Assembly: GCA_000002445.1 (NCBI GenBank)
Contig: CP000066.1
Span: 1,536,001-1,600,000 of the forward strand
From: Trypanosoma brucei
Taxonomy: Eukaryota
Direction of reading: 5' to 3'
DNA length: 64,000 bases
Shown: in pieces, positions 20,101 through 31,001 of the stretch
Position numbering within the stretch: the stretch's first letter is position 1
How the letters are laid out: every line of letters begins with the position of its first letter
Position numbers and translations under genes: made by a program
The notes under the pieces: model-generated
What the model saw: the letters and a program-made list of their open reading frames with translations, nothing else
Told to the model about the DNA's origin: nothing
The model's database searches: none

Positions 20101-21705
20101 ATGCCCATTCCGTGTAATTTCAAGGATCAAATAACAGGTGAAGTTCATATTCCCTCAACTTCCCGCGCAAATGTTACGTACAAACAATGTGAATGTCAGA
20201 CGGGTGTGCTTAAGATGCAAGATATGGAAACACAAACAGCGATTAGCGCTCTTCAGGCAGTCAACCGAAGCGACAAACAAGTTGGCCACGAGAAACCTCA
20301 GATCCAGGCAAATATCGATGGGCTGCAATATGTTTATGCTGGAGTAAATTACAGCGAGGAGGCTCTGGCTGATTTCCTGGAGGCGGCGAGGGAAGACGTC
20401 CTTGCTATATTATACCGCAATGTAAAAAACAGTGCGTTTGACAACTACGAGCCGAATTGGACGAAAAAGAGCACTGAACTCTCTGCTGTTGCAACTTTCC
20501 GGGCGTCGTATGCCGAGGAAAGAGATCTTCACGCCTTATCCGTGAGTTTTAACTCCAGCGGAACACTCTTAGCCGTTGCATACGGCCAAGTGGATACCGC
20601 AGGGTGGTGTAATGATACAGGCATGGTTGGTATATGGAACTTGTCACGAAATGATGTAAACGTTAATGAACCGCATCACATGATGGAAACTGATTCCTTC
20701 GTCACATGTGTTGCATTTCATCCATCACAGGCAACAGTGTTGGCAGTGGGACTGTACAGTGGTGAGGTGGTACTTTATAAAAATGTGACGGATGCGACAC
20801 CGATAGAGATGACAGCAGACGGATCTTCAACATCGCACAGAGAGCCCGTGACATTCCTGCAGTGGACTGAAAACTTACAGGAGACGCGTGATTCCCATCG
20901 GTACACGCTTTGTTCCGCGGGCCAGGATGGTCGTATCCTCTTTTGGACTATGGGCAATAAAATGGCGCAACCAACAGCCGCATTTATCATTAAAACCAGG
21001 AAAGGAGCAACGGTTGGTGTGCAGTCCGCTTGTTTCTCCCGTCCCGGGGGCTCCGCCGGTCGCATCACACCATCGAGCGACAGTGTTCTCGTCATTGGTC
21101 TTGAAAATGGTGATGTTGGCCGAGCCCGTCCTGGCGTCCTTGCTGCCCTTCCAACTCGAGCTGGAGAGTCGGAGGTTTCTCTTGAACTTGATTGGTTGTC
21201 CTCTCACAGGGGTCCTGTGCAGTGCGTTGATACCTCGCCTTTCTTTCACAATCTCTGCCTCACTTGTTCTTCTGATGGCAGTGCTCGGCTGTACAACATG
21301 CTAGAAACGGCAGCAGTTGCCACATTAGAGCCGTCTGCGGAGTCGAAACATTTCCTTTATGCTGCGCGGTTTAGTCCTTTTAGACCCAGTGTTATTGCTG
21401 TGGTTTCGCGCAGCTCATTCCTGCATATATATGACTTGCAGAAATCGCAACTTAAGCCTGTAGTAACGTTGGAAGCTGGGACAGATGGCGCTGCACTGAT
21501 GTGTGTTACTTTTAATCATGCTTCACCGGATTGGATTTGTACGGGGGACGTCAGTGGCTCCGTCCGCCTCTGGAAGCTGCCGTCGTCCCTCATGCAAACC
21601 ACCGACTTGGAGCGGGCTGCTGTGCGGGATAGCCGTGGCCGTGGGGGGAATGCGGAAGACAGTGAAAAGAACGCCGTCATATCTCTGTTTGGTTTCTCTC
21701 TCTGA
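20101..21705 (+). CDS. WD40-repeat protein resembling dynein intermediate chains (candidate axonemal or IFT dynein intermediate chain).
   Basis: The listed ORF start at 20023 is TTG, directly after an oligo(A) run, and the first ATG is at 20101 (MPIPCNFKD...). WD-repeat signatures recur through the C-terminal 350 aa: 'VTCVAFHPSQATVLAVGLYSGEVVLYK', 'LCSAGQDGRILFWT', 'LTCSSDGSARLYNM', 'ICTGDVSGSVRLWKL'. The N-terminal region, 'LADFLEAAREDVLAILYRN...NYEPNW', fits the dynein intermediate-chain layout. Confidence 0.5.
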   Translation: MPIPCNFKDQITGEVHIPSTSRANVTYKQCECQTGVLKMQDMETQTAISALQAVNRSDKQVGHEKPQIQANIDGLQYVYAGVNYSEEALADFLEAAREDVLAILYRNVKNSAFDNYEPNWTKKSTELSAVATFRASYAEERDLHALSVSFNSSGTLLAVAYGQVDTAGWCNDTGMVGIWNLSRNDVNVNEPHHMMETDSFVTCVAFHPSQATVLAVGLYSGEVVLYKNVTDATPIEMTADGSSTSHREPVTFLQWTENLQETRDSHRYTLCSAGQDGRILFWTMGNKMAQPTAAFIIKTRKGATVGVQSACFSRPGGSAGRITPSSDSVLVIGLENGDVGRARPGVLAALPTRAGESEVSLELDWLSSHRGPVQCVDTSPFFHNLCLTCSSDGSARLYNMLETAAVATLEPSAESKHFLYAARFSPFRPSVIAVVSRSSFLHIYDLQKSQLKPVVTLEAGTDGAALMCVTFNHASPDWICTGDVSGSVRLWKLPSSLMQTTDLERAAVRDSRGRGGNAEDSEKNAVISLFGFSL

Positions 21706-22020
21706 GATGGTGTCATTTATTCTCAAATATTTTTTCCGTTGCGGATGCTTCAAATACGAGGTGTTAAAGGAATATAGTGACGTATGTGCAAAGTGCGTGT
21801 GAAAGTGGTGAGAAGATTCTGTTTACGTGTGGTACATTGTGTCTGACCACTTTTTTTTTCTTTGCTTTGTCTTTTGTGGTGTTTGTCCTCACTGTGTTGA
21901 ACCGACCTCACGTTATATTTTCTTCGACGAATTGAAGAGCCGCAAAGGCGAGAGTTACCTTTTGATAACATTCAGGTGTACTCTCCTTTCATTTATGCGT
22001 TTGTATGCTTCCAGTCTTGC

Positions 22021-22066
22021 ACACACACACACACACACACACACTCTCTCTCTCTCTCTCTCTCTA
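22021..22066. repeat. Compound microsatellite (CA)11(TC)11.
   Basis: The sequence is 'acacacacacacacacacacacactctctctctctctctctctc', in the spacer upstream of IFT27. Confidence 0.95.
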
Positions 22067-22310
22067 CTTCCTGCTTTCGTGAGAATTTTTAACGACTGTT
22101 GGTACCAGACTCCGTGTGTACGTGCATCAATGAAATGCCAAGTAATTACGATCATGCACTTTTTACCTTTTTTGGCATAAAAAAATGTGCACAGTTCGTC
22201 TTGTTTTCCCTTCTTTGCTCCGGTTGATATCCATTTGTTTTGCTTAGCAAAGAGCAATTCCTCATCGTAGAGGCCGTAGTTGTTTGTCAAAACTAAGAGA
22301 GGAAGGTCTC

Positions 22311-22862
22311 ATGGTAAACTTGCGTCTTCAGGTGGCCGTAGTTGGCGCACCAACGGTCGGGAAAACTGCATTTGTGCAAATGCTTCACAGCAACGGCACA
22401 ACATTTCCTAAGAATTACCTCATGACGTTGGGTTGCGACTTTATTGTAAAGGAGGTTCCTGTTGATGATGATAATACGGTGGAAATGATAATATTTGATG
22501 TGTCAGGCCAGCGCGAGTATGAACCTATGGTTTCTTCGTACCTACAAAACACTGCAGTGTTCATAGTCATGTACGATGTTTCCAATAAAGTTACATTTGA
22601 GGCCTGCGCACGTTGGGTGAATCAGGTGAGGACGAACAGTAAAGAGAGTGTTGGAATTCTCATTGCAAATAAATCCGACCTCAGTGATAAGGCTGAAGTG
22701 ACGGACCGGCAGGGGAAAGATCTCGCAAATGCAAATAAGATGAAGTTCTACAAAATATCCACTTTGCGAGGTGTTGGCATCACTGAGCCCATTGATGAGA
22801 TTGCGCGGCATTACGTTGACGCATATCAAAAACGTATTGAACAACTCACCCAAATGAGGTAA
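22311..22862 (+). CDS. IFT27: Intraflagellar transport protein IFT27 (Rab-like small GTPase RABL4), 183 aa.
   Basis: The listed start at 22284 is TTG, and the first ATG is at 22311 (MVNLRLQVAVVG...). A P-loop 'GAPTVGKT' and an NKxD motif 'ANKSD' are present, and there is no C-terminal prenylation Cys. The switch II motif 'DVSGQ' is atypical. The N-terminus aligns well to remembered Chlamydomonas IFT27: 'LRCKVAVVGEATVGKSALISMFTSKGSKFLKDYAMTSGVEVVV' versus 'LRLQVAVVGAPTVGKTAFVQMLHSNGTTFPKNYLMTLGCDFIV'. Confidence 0.7.
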   Translation: MVNLRLQVAVVGAPTVGKTAFVQMLHSNGTTFPKNYLMTLGCDFIVKEVPVDDDNTVEMIIFDVSGQREYEPMVSSYLQNTAVFIVMYDVSNKVTFEACARWVNQVRTNSKESVGILIANKSDLSDKAEVTDRQGKDLANANKMKFYKISTLRGVGITEPIDEIARHYVDAYQKRIEQLTQMR

Positions 22863-23619
22863 TGTTTGCTGTTGCGTTTTCAAACGTGTGCGTGTGCACG
22901 TGAGAATGAAAAGGGAGGATAAGCCACAGATGCATTCACGTGTGAGTGATTTGGTTCTTTTGTTTTGACATTGCCTCATATTTGCCTCCCTTTTTTTCTT
23001 TCTCTCTCTCTTGATATGTTCGGTATTTTTGCTTCCACTGGGCGTACTGTTTTTGGTATCTTTTGTTTCTCCGTGATTCGGTGCTCAAATGATGGTGAAG
23101 GGGATATCACTTTAGGATGCGGCTCAATACAAAAGGGAAACAAAAAAAAGAACAAATGAATTAATGAATGAATGAGAAAGGCAAAAGTCCGAGATAGAAA
23201 AAAAAAGGGCTGAGAGTGGGGATGAGAGGTCACACGGAATGGTGAGAATCGAAATAAGACGACACTTCGGTGTGTATTTGTGTGTTGTTTACTGTTGGAG
23301 TTGTTTTTTTTCTTTTTCCCTTTTTCGTTGGTTCTTTCCCTTTCTCTCACTCTACCGCCACAACAATGGCACCACTTTCCCTCCTACAGTTATTTCATTT
23401 CATATTTTCCTCCATTTATTCCCCCCCCCTCGTTGGTCCCTAAGCAACTCTGTTTATTTCCATTACCTGCACTGCAGTCGCTGTAGCAGTTGCTTTTCTC
23501 CTACTCTTTCTCTCTCTCTTTTTTTTTTTCGATATGTTCCATTTCAATTTGATTCTTCCCATTAGGGGGTTTTAGTTTAACCTTCCCGTGATATTGGATG
23601 TTTAGTACATTGTATTTGT

Positions 23620-23952
23620 ATGATTGACGATGTAAGAATTTGTCATCTCGTACTGCAGGATGTGAAGGAGCGTCTTCCGCTTTACGAGTCGCGACTTGAG
23701 GCAGTTAATAACTCGCATGTAGTGATAAGTTGTTGGAACGAAAGCGTAAAGGCATTTGTGCCGGTTCCTGTTGCAGAAGATGTGGAATTTACATCAGATG
23801 TGCTTCATGAAGTTGTCAGTTTGGTGGATGGATTGAGGCAGTTGGGTTGTACGGATTTTTTTGTCGTTTTTGTGGACAGCGGAGGCACACTTTCATTTTA
23901 CCACGTGGACACGCTTCGGTTACTCCAATCAGGGCGCAGCGGTTCCTCCTGA
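23620..23952 (+). CDS. Possible small (110 aa) hypothetical protein. I assign no domain confidently.
   Basis: The ORF has a genuine ATG and follows a very long CT-rich tract (23280-23560) in the correct orientation of the polycistron. Its composition is not low-complexity. I cannot confirm it is coding without conservation data. Confidence 0.3.
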   Translation: MIDDVRICHLVLQDVKERLPLYESRLEAVNNSHVVISCWNESVKAFVPVPVAEDVEFTSDVLHEVVSLVDGLRQLGCTDFFVVFVDSGGTLSFYHVDTLRLLQSGRSGSS

Positions 23953-24400
23953 TGGTAAAGGTGAGATGAAGTTGTCAGGAAAATTTGAAAATTTACGGGT
24001 TTAAAGGCGTATGTGAGGGGGTTTTCGAATGTCAAATTCATTACTTCCGTTGTTTTCACATGAAAGGGGAGGAGAAAATAATATGGCTATCACCATCAAA
24101 AAAAAAAGGTACGTGGAAGTTGCTTCGTGCAAGGAAAAGGGAAGGTTCAGTTGTGTTGCTTTTTTTTTCCATGCGCTGACACCTTTATATAATATTATCC
24201 ATGGGAACCTTCCAGTGCCAACTAAAATTTGGTGGTGAATTTAATGCTCTCTGGTGATTTGCTGTACTTTCATGCCTCCACGCACACATACACACACACA
24301 CATTTTTACGTGGCTATTTGATTGTTAACTTTTTTTCTCTGAATCACTTATTCAAAGGGAGGAAAGGGTAGGTGTGAACGTTTCATTTTTGCAAGTATAC

Positions 24401-25183
24401 ATGGACGATCCAAGTTGGCAGCGCAATTGTGATATGCTGACGCATGCGTTGCAATCGTTGGAACGCAGTACCTCCCAAATAAAGCGCAGCACAAATAAAC
24501 TTGTCACCTTACGTGACATTGCGCAAGAGAGAGATAAGGTAAAGAAAGTAACGAGTGCAGCAAATGCGAAAGATGTGCATGCCGTTCACGATGCTTTGGC
24601 TTTTCTGGAAAAATATATGCGACTGCATCCCACGCAGCTGCGTGGACAGGGAGTGAAACTCAGTACGGAGGCTCAAGTTGTGCTAGAAAACTACAAAAAA
24701 TCATGTGATGTCTTCTATAAAAAGTGCATTTCACTGGAAGAATCATTACGAAAGAACAGTGCAACGACACGTGTGAGGATTGGGACTGGTGATGGAAGTG
24801 ATGTGGATGATTTTGATGATGAGGGAGAAAGTTTATTACCACGTGGAGCCACTGCGGGATCTGCGCAGCGGCAGGCATTTGAGGATGATCTCCATAACGA
24901 AATCATGGCTGAGAGGGTCCGTGAGACATCAGAGATAGCAGAGAGTGTAAGGGATATTAATGAGTTATTTAATCACATTAACTCATTAGTAGCAGAGCAG
25001 GGTGTGGGTTTGGAAATTATCGAGGAAAATGTTACGAGGTCGTCCGCTGCGACGAGGAATGCGGTGGGACATCTTCAACAGGCGCGTGATAGCCAACAGA
25101 GATCTGGACGTGACAAGATGTTTATATTTCTTATCGTTGTATTAATGATCATGCTATTGCTCGTTGCGTACCATAAAGTATGA
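24401..25183 (+). CDS. Syntaxin-like Q-SNARE (t-SNARE), tail-anchored.
   Basis: The listed start at 24374 is GTG, and the first ATG is at 24401 (MDDPSWQRN...). The C-terminal SNARE motif 'RETSEIAESVRDINELFNHINSLVAEQGVGLEIIEENVTRSSAATRNAVGHLQQARDSQQRSGRDK' has a central Gln in the syntaxin pattern. A single C-terminal TM helix, 'MFIFLIVVLMIMLLLVAY', follows. Confidence 0.65.
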   Translation: MDDPSWQRNCDMLTHALQSLERSTSQIKRSTNKLVTLRDIAQERDKVKKVTSAANAKDVHAVHDALAFLEKYMRLHPTQLRGQGVKLSTEAQVVLENYKKSCDVFYKKCISLEESLRKNSATTRVRIGTGDGSDVDDFDDEGESLLPRGATAGSAQRQAFEDDLHNEIMAERVRETSEIAESVRDINELFNHINSLVAEQGVGLEIIEENVTRSSAATRNAVGHLQQARDSQQRSGRDKMFIFLIVVLMIMLLLVAYHKV

Positions 25184-25214
25184 AGTCGCCATCACTTTCC
25201 CCTTGTGGTTTCCA

Positions 25215-25243
25215 TTGTTGTTGTTGTTGTTGTTGTTGTTGTG
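25215..25243. repeat. (GTT)n microsatellite in the spacer between the syntaxin-like and TrpRS genes.
   Basis: The sequence is 'ttgttgttgttgttgttgttgttgttgtt'. More (GTT)n lies at about 25356-25375. Confidence 0.9.
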
Positions 25244-25870
25244 TTTGTTTTTTTTTTACCGTGTACAGGAGAGATTTCGGGATGTTTTTCATCGGAGCGA
25301 TGAAGTTTAGTCGTTGATGCTCTTCTCCGCTCTGCGCTAAAGGGAGGTGTCTGGTTGTTGTTGCTGTTGTTGTTTTATAGCATGCAGTGAAAAGCTTAGG
25401 GCCACATCTTCACTCACGAGTTCCACCATTCATTCGGCCTTTTTGTGTTGGTTATTAAATTTGGCGCCTCATTTATTTTCCTCTTCCATTCTATCATATA
25501 TGCTATTGCTTTACTTCTTTTCGTTGCTGCTGCTTTGGCACTGCACATTGCGCACACACCCAACGACAAATTGTTGTTGTTGTTTTTGAGCAGCGGATGA
25601 GTTATCAATATCTTTTCTCTTTGATTTTCATCACTTGGTTTCGATATCAAACTCTGACAATGTGAAGGAAGCTGGGAAAAGGTCAAAGAAAAAAAAAAAG
25701 AGAAAAGGGTGGTGGAGTGAAGGGAAGGGAAGTGGTGCAGCGGAAACTCACGTTTGTGAAATAGTTTCATATCTCAACACGTAACCACTCATCGTAATAC
25801 CCCAAACAAAGAAAGAGAGAGAGAAAAAGAGAAGATCCAACAGAAAAAATAAATAAATAACAAATAACAA

Positions 25871-27040
25871 ATGACTGAAGCCGTTGTAACACCGTGGTCT
25901 GTCGAGGGTGACGTAAATTATGATAAACTAATAAAAGACTTTGGAAGTCACGCCATCGATGAGGCATTGCTGGAACGGATTGAACGGGTTCTGGGGAAGA
26001 AACCGCATCATTTCCTCCGTCGAGGAATTTTCTTTTCCCATAGGGATTTGAACCTTCTATTGGACGTGTACGAGTCCGGTCAACCTTTTTATCTCTACAC
26101 TGGCAGAGGTCCAAGCAGCGAGTCCATGCATATGGGTCATTTGATTCCTTTCATGTTTACTAAGTGGCTTCAGGACTCCTTTAGGGTACCCCTCGTGATA
26201 CAAATGACAGATGATGAGAAGTTTTATTTCCGTAATATCCCAATGGAACAAGTCGAGGCCATGACAACAGAAAATATAAAAGATATTATCGCTATGGGGT
26301 TCGACCCCGAGTTAACTTTCATTTTCCGTGACTTTGATTATATGGGATGCATGTACCGTACCGTTGCCAAGATTGAGAGGGCCTTCACTGCGAGTCAAGT
26401 ACGTGGTTGCTTTGGTTTTGCAATGGAAGACAACTGTGGCCGCTGGATGTTTCCTGCTATACAGGCTGCACCATCTTTCTCAGCAGCTTTTCCTCATATC
26501 TTTCCACCATCGATGGGAAATGTGTTTTGTCTCATTCCACAGGCCATTGATCAGGATCCATATTTCCGCCTGACACGTGACATCGCCCCACGTCTCGGTT
26601 ATTTAAAGCCGGCGGTGATTCATTCCAAGTTCTTCCCCGGATTAAGTGGCCCAAAAGGAAAGATGAGTTCATCTTCCGGTACTGCAGTGCTGTTGACGGA
26701 TACAGAAAAGATGGTGAAGGATAAAATTAACAAACATGCCTTTAGCGGCGGTGGGGCAACCAAGCAAGAGCACTTTCTTCTTGGCGCCAACGTGGAGGTG
26801 GATGTTCCTATACAGTGGCTGTCTTTTTTTCTTGAAGATGATGAAGAGCTCGCGCGAGTGAAGAAGGAGTATATGTTAGGTCGTATCATGACAGGAGAGG
26901 TGAAGAAGTTATTAATTAACACAATAACGGCCATCACGAAAACTCATCAGGAGAAACGGAAATTGGTGACAGACGAGGACGTACAGCTCTTCACAAGCAC
27001 TCGCATAATGGGTCCGGCTAAGAAGGCGGCAACCCAGTGA
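25871..27040 (+). CDS. TrpRS: Tryptophanyl-tRNA synthetase, cytosolic type (class I aaRS).
   Basis: The HIGH motif appears as 'HMGH' and the KMSKS motif as 'KMSSS'. The sequence '[42 protein letters not shown]' matches remembered eukaryotic TrpRS '[42 protein letters not shown]'. The ATG is genuine and the protein is 389 aa. Confidence 0.85.
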   Translation: [389 protein letters not shown]

Positions 27041-27414
27041 AGTTTGTGAAGGGTTGGATGGAATTAACTGGTTGTTGGTGTATTTGTTCGTCCTTTCTGA
27101 GAATCCGACTATTGTGATTTCTGCAACCATTCTCTACCTGCACTAAATCTCTCGATAGTATGCGCCTTGCCGCCACCGGAGGTTGTTGGTGAGTAACGTG
27201 GCGTTTCTAAACTCCACTATTGGTAATTTATTAGTACTTGTGTGTGTGTATGTGTGTGTGCCTTGAATACCTGTATGATGGTTGTTGTTAACATCCCCTT
27301 TATTTCTCCTTGTTTATTTAATCATGCTTTGATTCATATTGTATGGAATGCATGTGACGTAGTGCAAGAAGCAGGTAGTAGAGTGGGGCGACTTTTCTAC
27401 CCTTTCTGTCGTGT

Positions 27415-29502
27415 ATGTCAGTATGGCAAAAATGGAAGCTCTCCACTGCAGCCGATGGCAAGTTTGGTCTTCGACCCTTTCTTATTCGTTTTGTTAATGT
27501 CTGGCCCCTGAGATGTGACACCACGTGGTTGGGGAAGCCACCAGTGAAAACGTTTCCATCTTTTTGGGCAAATGTGGCGTGTCTCAGTGACAGAGAGCGC
27601 GATTTCTTCGTTCAATGTGTAGAACACATTTGTTTCGGCATTGGCATGAGTGCTACACCCGCTATTAAAGACGTTATGAATCGTCTGGCAGATGGCGCGG
27701 GTATTCACAACCTTCAGGGGTTGAGCACCACCGAAAGGGAATCACATACAGACATTCTTTGCGATGTGGTGCTTATGCATGATGGGAAACCTTGTATGGG
27801 ATGGTTCGCTGATAATTATGGTGACAGGAACTTTAATAACATTATTGAAGTTTTAGAAGAGCGGTGGAACATCTCCCCGGCATCATTATGGGCGTTAAAG
27901 GAGCGAAATATCGCAGAACAGATGAACACCATGACACACTACAACCGACAGGAAAGTATCTTTTGCAATTCTGATGGGTTGACGGAGGGGAAACTGGCGT
28001 CTCTTGTCAAGCGGCACGTCCGCTTCGCCGATAAAAACATTTGTATCGATGTGAAGAGCATTTCAGAGATCCGTTCCTTGTCTCTGTCGCTTTTGGAAGA
28101 ACCGACGGTGGAGAAGCGTGAGATCTTACTACAGTGCTTGAGCAATGTCGTTCCTGAACTAATAACTAAACCGGGAAAAGTTTCTCCGTGTTCCACCGTT
28201 TTAAAGGCGTTCGGGTGCTTTTTAGCGCCAAGCGTACGGAAGTTGGACATACCTCTGGACTCTGTGTATGAACTTGGTTCAACCTTGTGTTCTATCCCAG
28301 CGGATGATGTGACCACACATGTTTTTCAGCGGCACATTCGCCACCTTCTCGACATCACTGAAGGGAAACAAATATGTGCAAGTGGCCCGGATCAGCAGCA
28401 CATGCTGAGAGATACCCTCAACAACCTCGAAAGTGTGGGTCACGATTTGGACCAGGTTTTTGTATGCTTCTCGCAAGCAGTTGCACTTTGCCAGGTTGTG
28501 GAGGATCCAACTGAGAGGGACGATGCGTTGTGTAGAATTCTCTTGGCTATTCCGTTGATTGAACGATACATTACATCGTACGAATCTGCGATCCTGCGGC
28601 AACACACATTTAGCGACAGCTGTTTACCGTCCCATGTTGAGCCAAACCATAGCAACCGTGAGGTGTGCCTTTTGGACAGTTTTGCGCTGGATCGAGTGAT
28701 CTGCGCAAGCAACTGCAGAGAGCAGGGAGCTAATGCCTCCGCTGATTCCAGTAGTGCATTTGATTCAACTAAAGGCAAACCTTTCGATGGTTGTTGTGGT
28801 TTTTGGATGCCTGGCATGGGGTTGGACTCGTCTTGTTATGTGACGGATCTTCTCTCTGCATGCACCGATCTTGCTAACATGCTCGGCGTGCCCGCATCAC
28901 GGTGTGACATCGTAACTGAATCACAACGACTTGTGTATGATATCCGTCACAAGCTTCGTGTACACACACTCCGGCGATTTGCCTTCGTGAAAGCATCGAA
29001 AGTGTGGAATTCTGCCTTGAGGAAACGAGCCCTGCCATTTCTTAACGCACTGAGGAGCTCCCTGTATGAGGCTCCCGCCCTCACAATACTCCGATTTAGA
29101 GACGGGGAACGCCTCCCAAACACTTTTGGCGCAGCGAGCGAACCGTCGTCATTGTTGCAGTCGCTCTCTTCGCTGCACGTTTGCTTTGCATTTTCGACTC
29201 CCGCTTTTTACGTGGAATGCGGAACCATACAGGAGCTCGAGGCCATGTGTGTTACGCAGCCTTTAAGTGCCATGAGGCGACTAAAATGTTTTTCATCACC
29301 GAGTAGTAGCACAGGGATTAGCTCCGTGGTTGAAGTGCCTGTCCCTAGCAACCTTGTTGATTCTCTTCTTGTATGCGCTAAGGCTCAACTGCAGCTAAAA
29401 CCGGAACACGGTTTTGTGGATGTTGCCTTCCAGAGAGACGGGGATCACGCAACGGTAGTGCCCTCGTGTCTTGATAAATTGTTGCGAGGACAAAAGGCGT
29501 AA
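27415..29502 (+). CDS. Hypothetical protein of about 695 aa with no recognisable domain.
   Basis: This is a long + strand ORF with a genuine ATG at 27415, downstream of a CT-rich tract (27290-27340). The true initiation codon could be a later Met, for example at about 27640. I recognise no motifs. Confidence 0.5.
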   Translation: MSVWQKWKLSTAADGKFGLRPFLIRFVNVWPLRCDTTWLGKPPVKTFPSFWANVACLSDRERDFFVQCVEHICFGIGMSATPAIKDVMNRLADGAGIHNLQGLSTTERESHTDILCDVVLMHDGKPCMGWFADNYGDRNFNNIIEVLEERWNISPASLWALKERNIAEQMNTMTHYNRQESIFCNSDGLTEGKLASLVKRHVRFADKNICIDVKSISEIRSLSLSLLEEPTVEKREILLQCLSNVVPELITKPGKVSPCSTVLKAFGCFLAPSVRKLDIPLDSVYELGSTLCSIPADDVTTHVFQRHIRHLLDITEGKQICASGPDQQHMLRDTLNNLESVGHDLDQVFVCFSQAVALCQVVEDPTERDDALCRILLAIPLIERYITSYESAILRQHTFSDSCLPSHVEPNHSNREVCLLDSFALDRVICASNCREQGANASADSSSAFDSTKGKPFDGCCGFWMPGMGLDSSCYVTDLLSACTDLANMLGVPASRCDIVTESQRLVYDIRHKLRVHTLRRFAFVKASKVWNSALRKRALPFLNALRSSLYEAPALTILRFRDGERLPNTFGAASEPSSLLQSLSSLHVCFAFSTPAFYVECGTIQELEAMCVTQPLSAMRRLKCFSSPSSSTGISSVVEVPVPSNLVDSLLVCAKAQLQLKPEHGFVDVAFQRDGDHATVVPSCLDKLLRGQKA

Positions 29503-29903
29503 AATGATGGTGGCCGAGTGACGGACTGACAATTACATTTGGCTTCACGCTGGAGGAGCACACCGGTGGGGAGAGAGTGCCTCCAGATATTTGTTGTGCC
29601 GGCGTATGCAACACTCGGATGCAGCTTGTCGAGGTTCTTCTTAGCGTTTAACTGTTTACTTATTCACATACACGAGACGGAGCGTTGAAGAAAATGAAAT
29701 ACCTGATTACACCGTAGCACAAAATTTACTTCGTCCCTTCGATGGCCGTTCTCGGGTTTGAACCCTGCTTTGTGCTGTCCTAAATGAATGTTCCATCCCT
29801 TCTCTCTTGATTTCTGTGCGCATATGTAAATAAACAAACATTTTTCACTTGGTTTTGGTGTGGGCTTGCGGGGGAAATTATTTGAAAAGGTGAATAAGGG
29901 TAA

Positions 29904-30719
29904 ATGAAGGGTCTGCGGTTATTTTTTACACGCCCAGTGTTTGTAGCGTCTGCTATTCCTTATTTAACTTCAGTGAGGCGAGTTTCCCAGCAGCGGGATG
30001 TAACGCCGTGCGGAAACCAATCTGGTAGGGATCTGCATTCACCCGATGTGGTTGTGCATGATCAGCAGTCTTCCTTCACTGAAGATACGTTTGCCTCCGA
30101 TTTTGACGAATTAGAGGCTGCATCACAGGAGATACATGACCTGTGCTTTGCTATGATAAACTACTTACAGAAAACGGACCCTGATGGGACGAGCTGCTTG
30201 TTTCAAAAACGCTGCGCTCGCGGCTTCCGTGAGACCGTCCCGGAGAACAAACGTCGGCTTCTTCATGAGCGGGGGTCGAAAATTCTTCGGCGAAGGAACT
30301 GTTATAGAACAAAGGAGGAGTATGAGGAGGCAACACAGCTGTTTCTCCAATTCGGTGAGAAACTCTTGTTACTTCTCACTAAACCTGTTGTTCAAAGGAT
30401 CATCGAATCAGCGGGAAAAGTCTATCGAGATCATCGGCGTGATGGGGTTCACAGATACCGAAAACCAGTGGAGCGGGGGAGTTGGCGTGGGTTTCCTCAT
30501 AGATGGTTTAAACATGCACCATTCGAAGTGCAACAACTTCGTGCCGACATCCCTGAGGCGACTGTAGCGAACACGAGGGCCATGCGTGATTTGTCCACCG
30601 TTAACTCACTCTTCACGCTCATGGAGCCGCAACACCCTTTCAGAGCAAAGCTGGAGAATCAGCTATTTGAAATAACACAGGAGTACGATGTCGTTCATGC
30701 AGGAGGCAGAGGAGTGTAG
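29904..30719 (+). CDS. Hypothetical 271-aa protein. The N-terminus looks like a mitochondrial presequence.
   Basis: The ATG at 29904 is genuine. The N-terminus 'MKGLRLFFTRPVFVASAIPYLTSVRRVSQQR' is Arg-rich, amphipathic and has no acidic residues. I have no family assignment. Confidence 0.45.
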   Translation: MKGLRLFFTRPVFVASAIPYLTSVRRVSQQRDVTPCGNQSGRDLHSPDVVVHDQQSSFTEDTFASDFDELEAASQEIHDLCFAMINYLQKTDPDGTSCLFQKRCARGFRETVPENKRRLLHERGSKILRRRNCYRTKEEYEEATQLFLQFGEKLLLLLTKPVVQRIIESAGKVYRDHRRDGVHRYRKPVERGSWRGFPHRWFKHAPFEVQQLRADIPEATVANTRAMRDLSTVNSLFTLMEPQHPFRAKLENQLFEITQEYDVVHAGGRGV

Positions 30720-31001
30720 AGATTGGTTTCCCCTCTCAAATGTCCCCTCGCATTGCATTTCTTTATCGTTTTCGAATCGGTTTACCTCCATGTTTAATGG
30801 TGACAATGATTCATACGGGTGCCTGTGTGTTTTTCGCGCCTGCACAACTTCTGGCATGTCGAACTCTTTGTTCCTTTCGCCTCCTCCCTCCCTCAAACGC
30901 GGGCACCTTCTTCCAGGACCTCAAAATATATATGTTCATCTACTTGTACGTGCAAATACACGCACACTATTTTCACCTTATTTTGTCCTCATACAGTGTA
31001 G

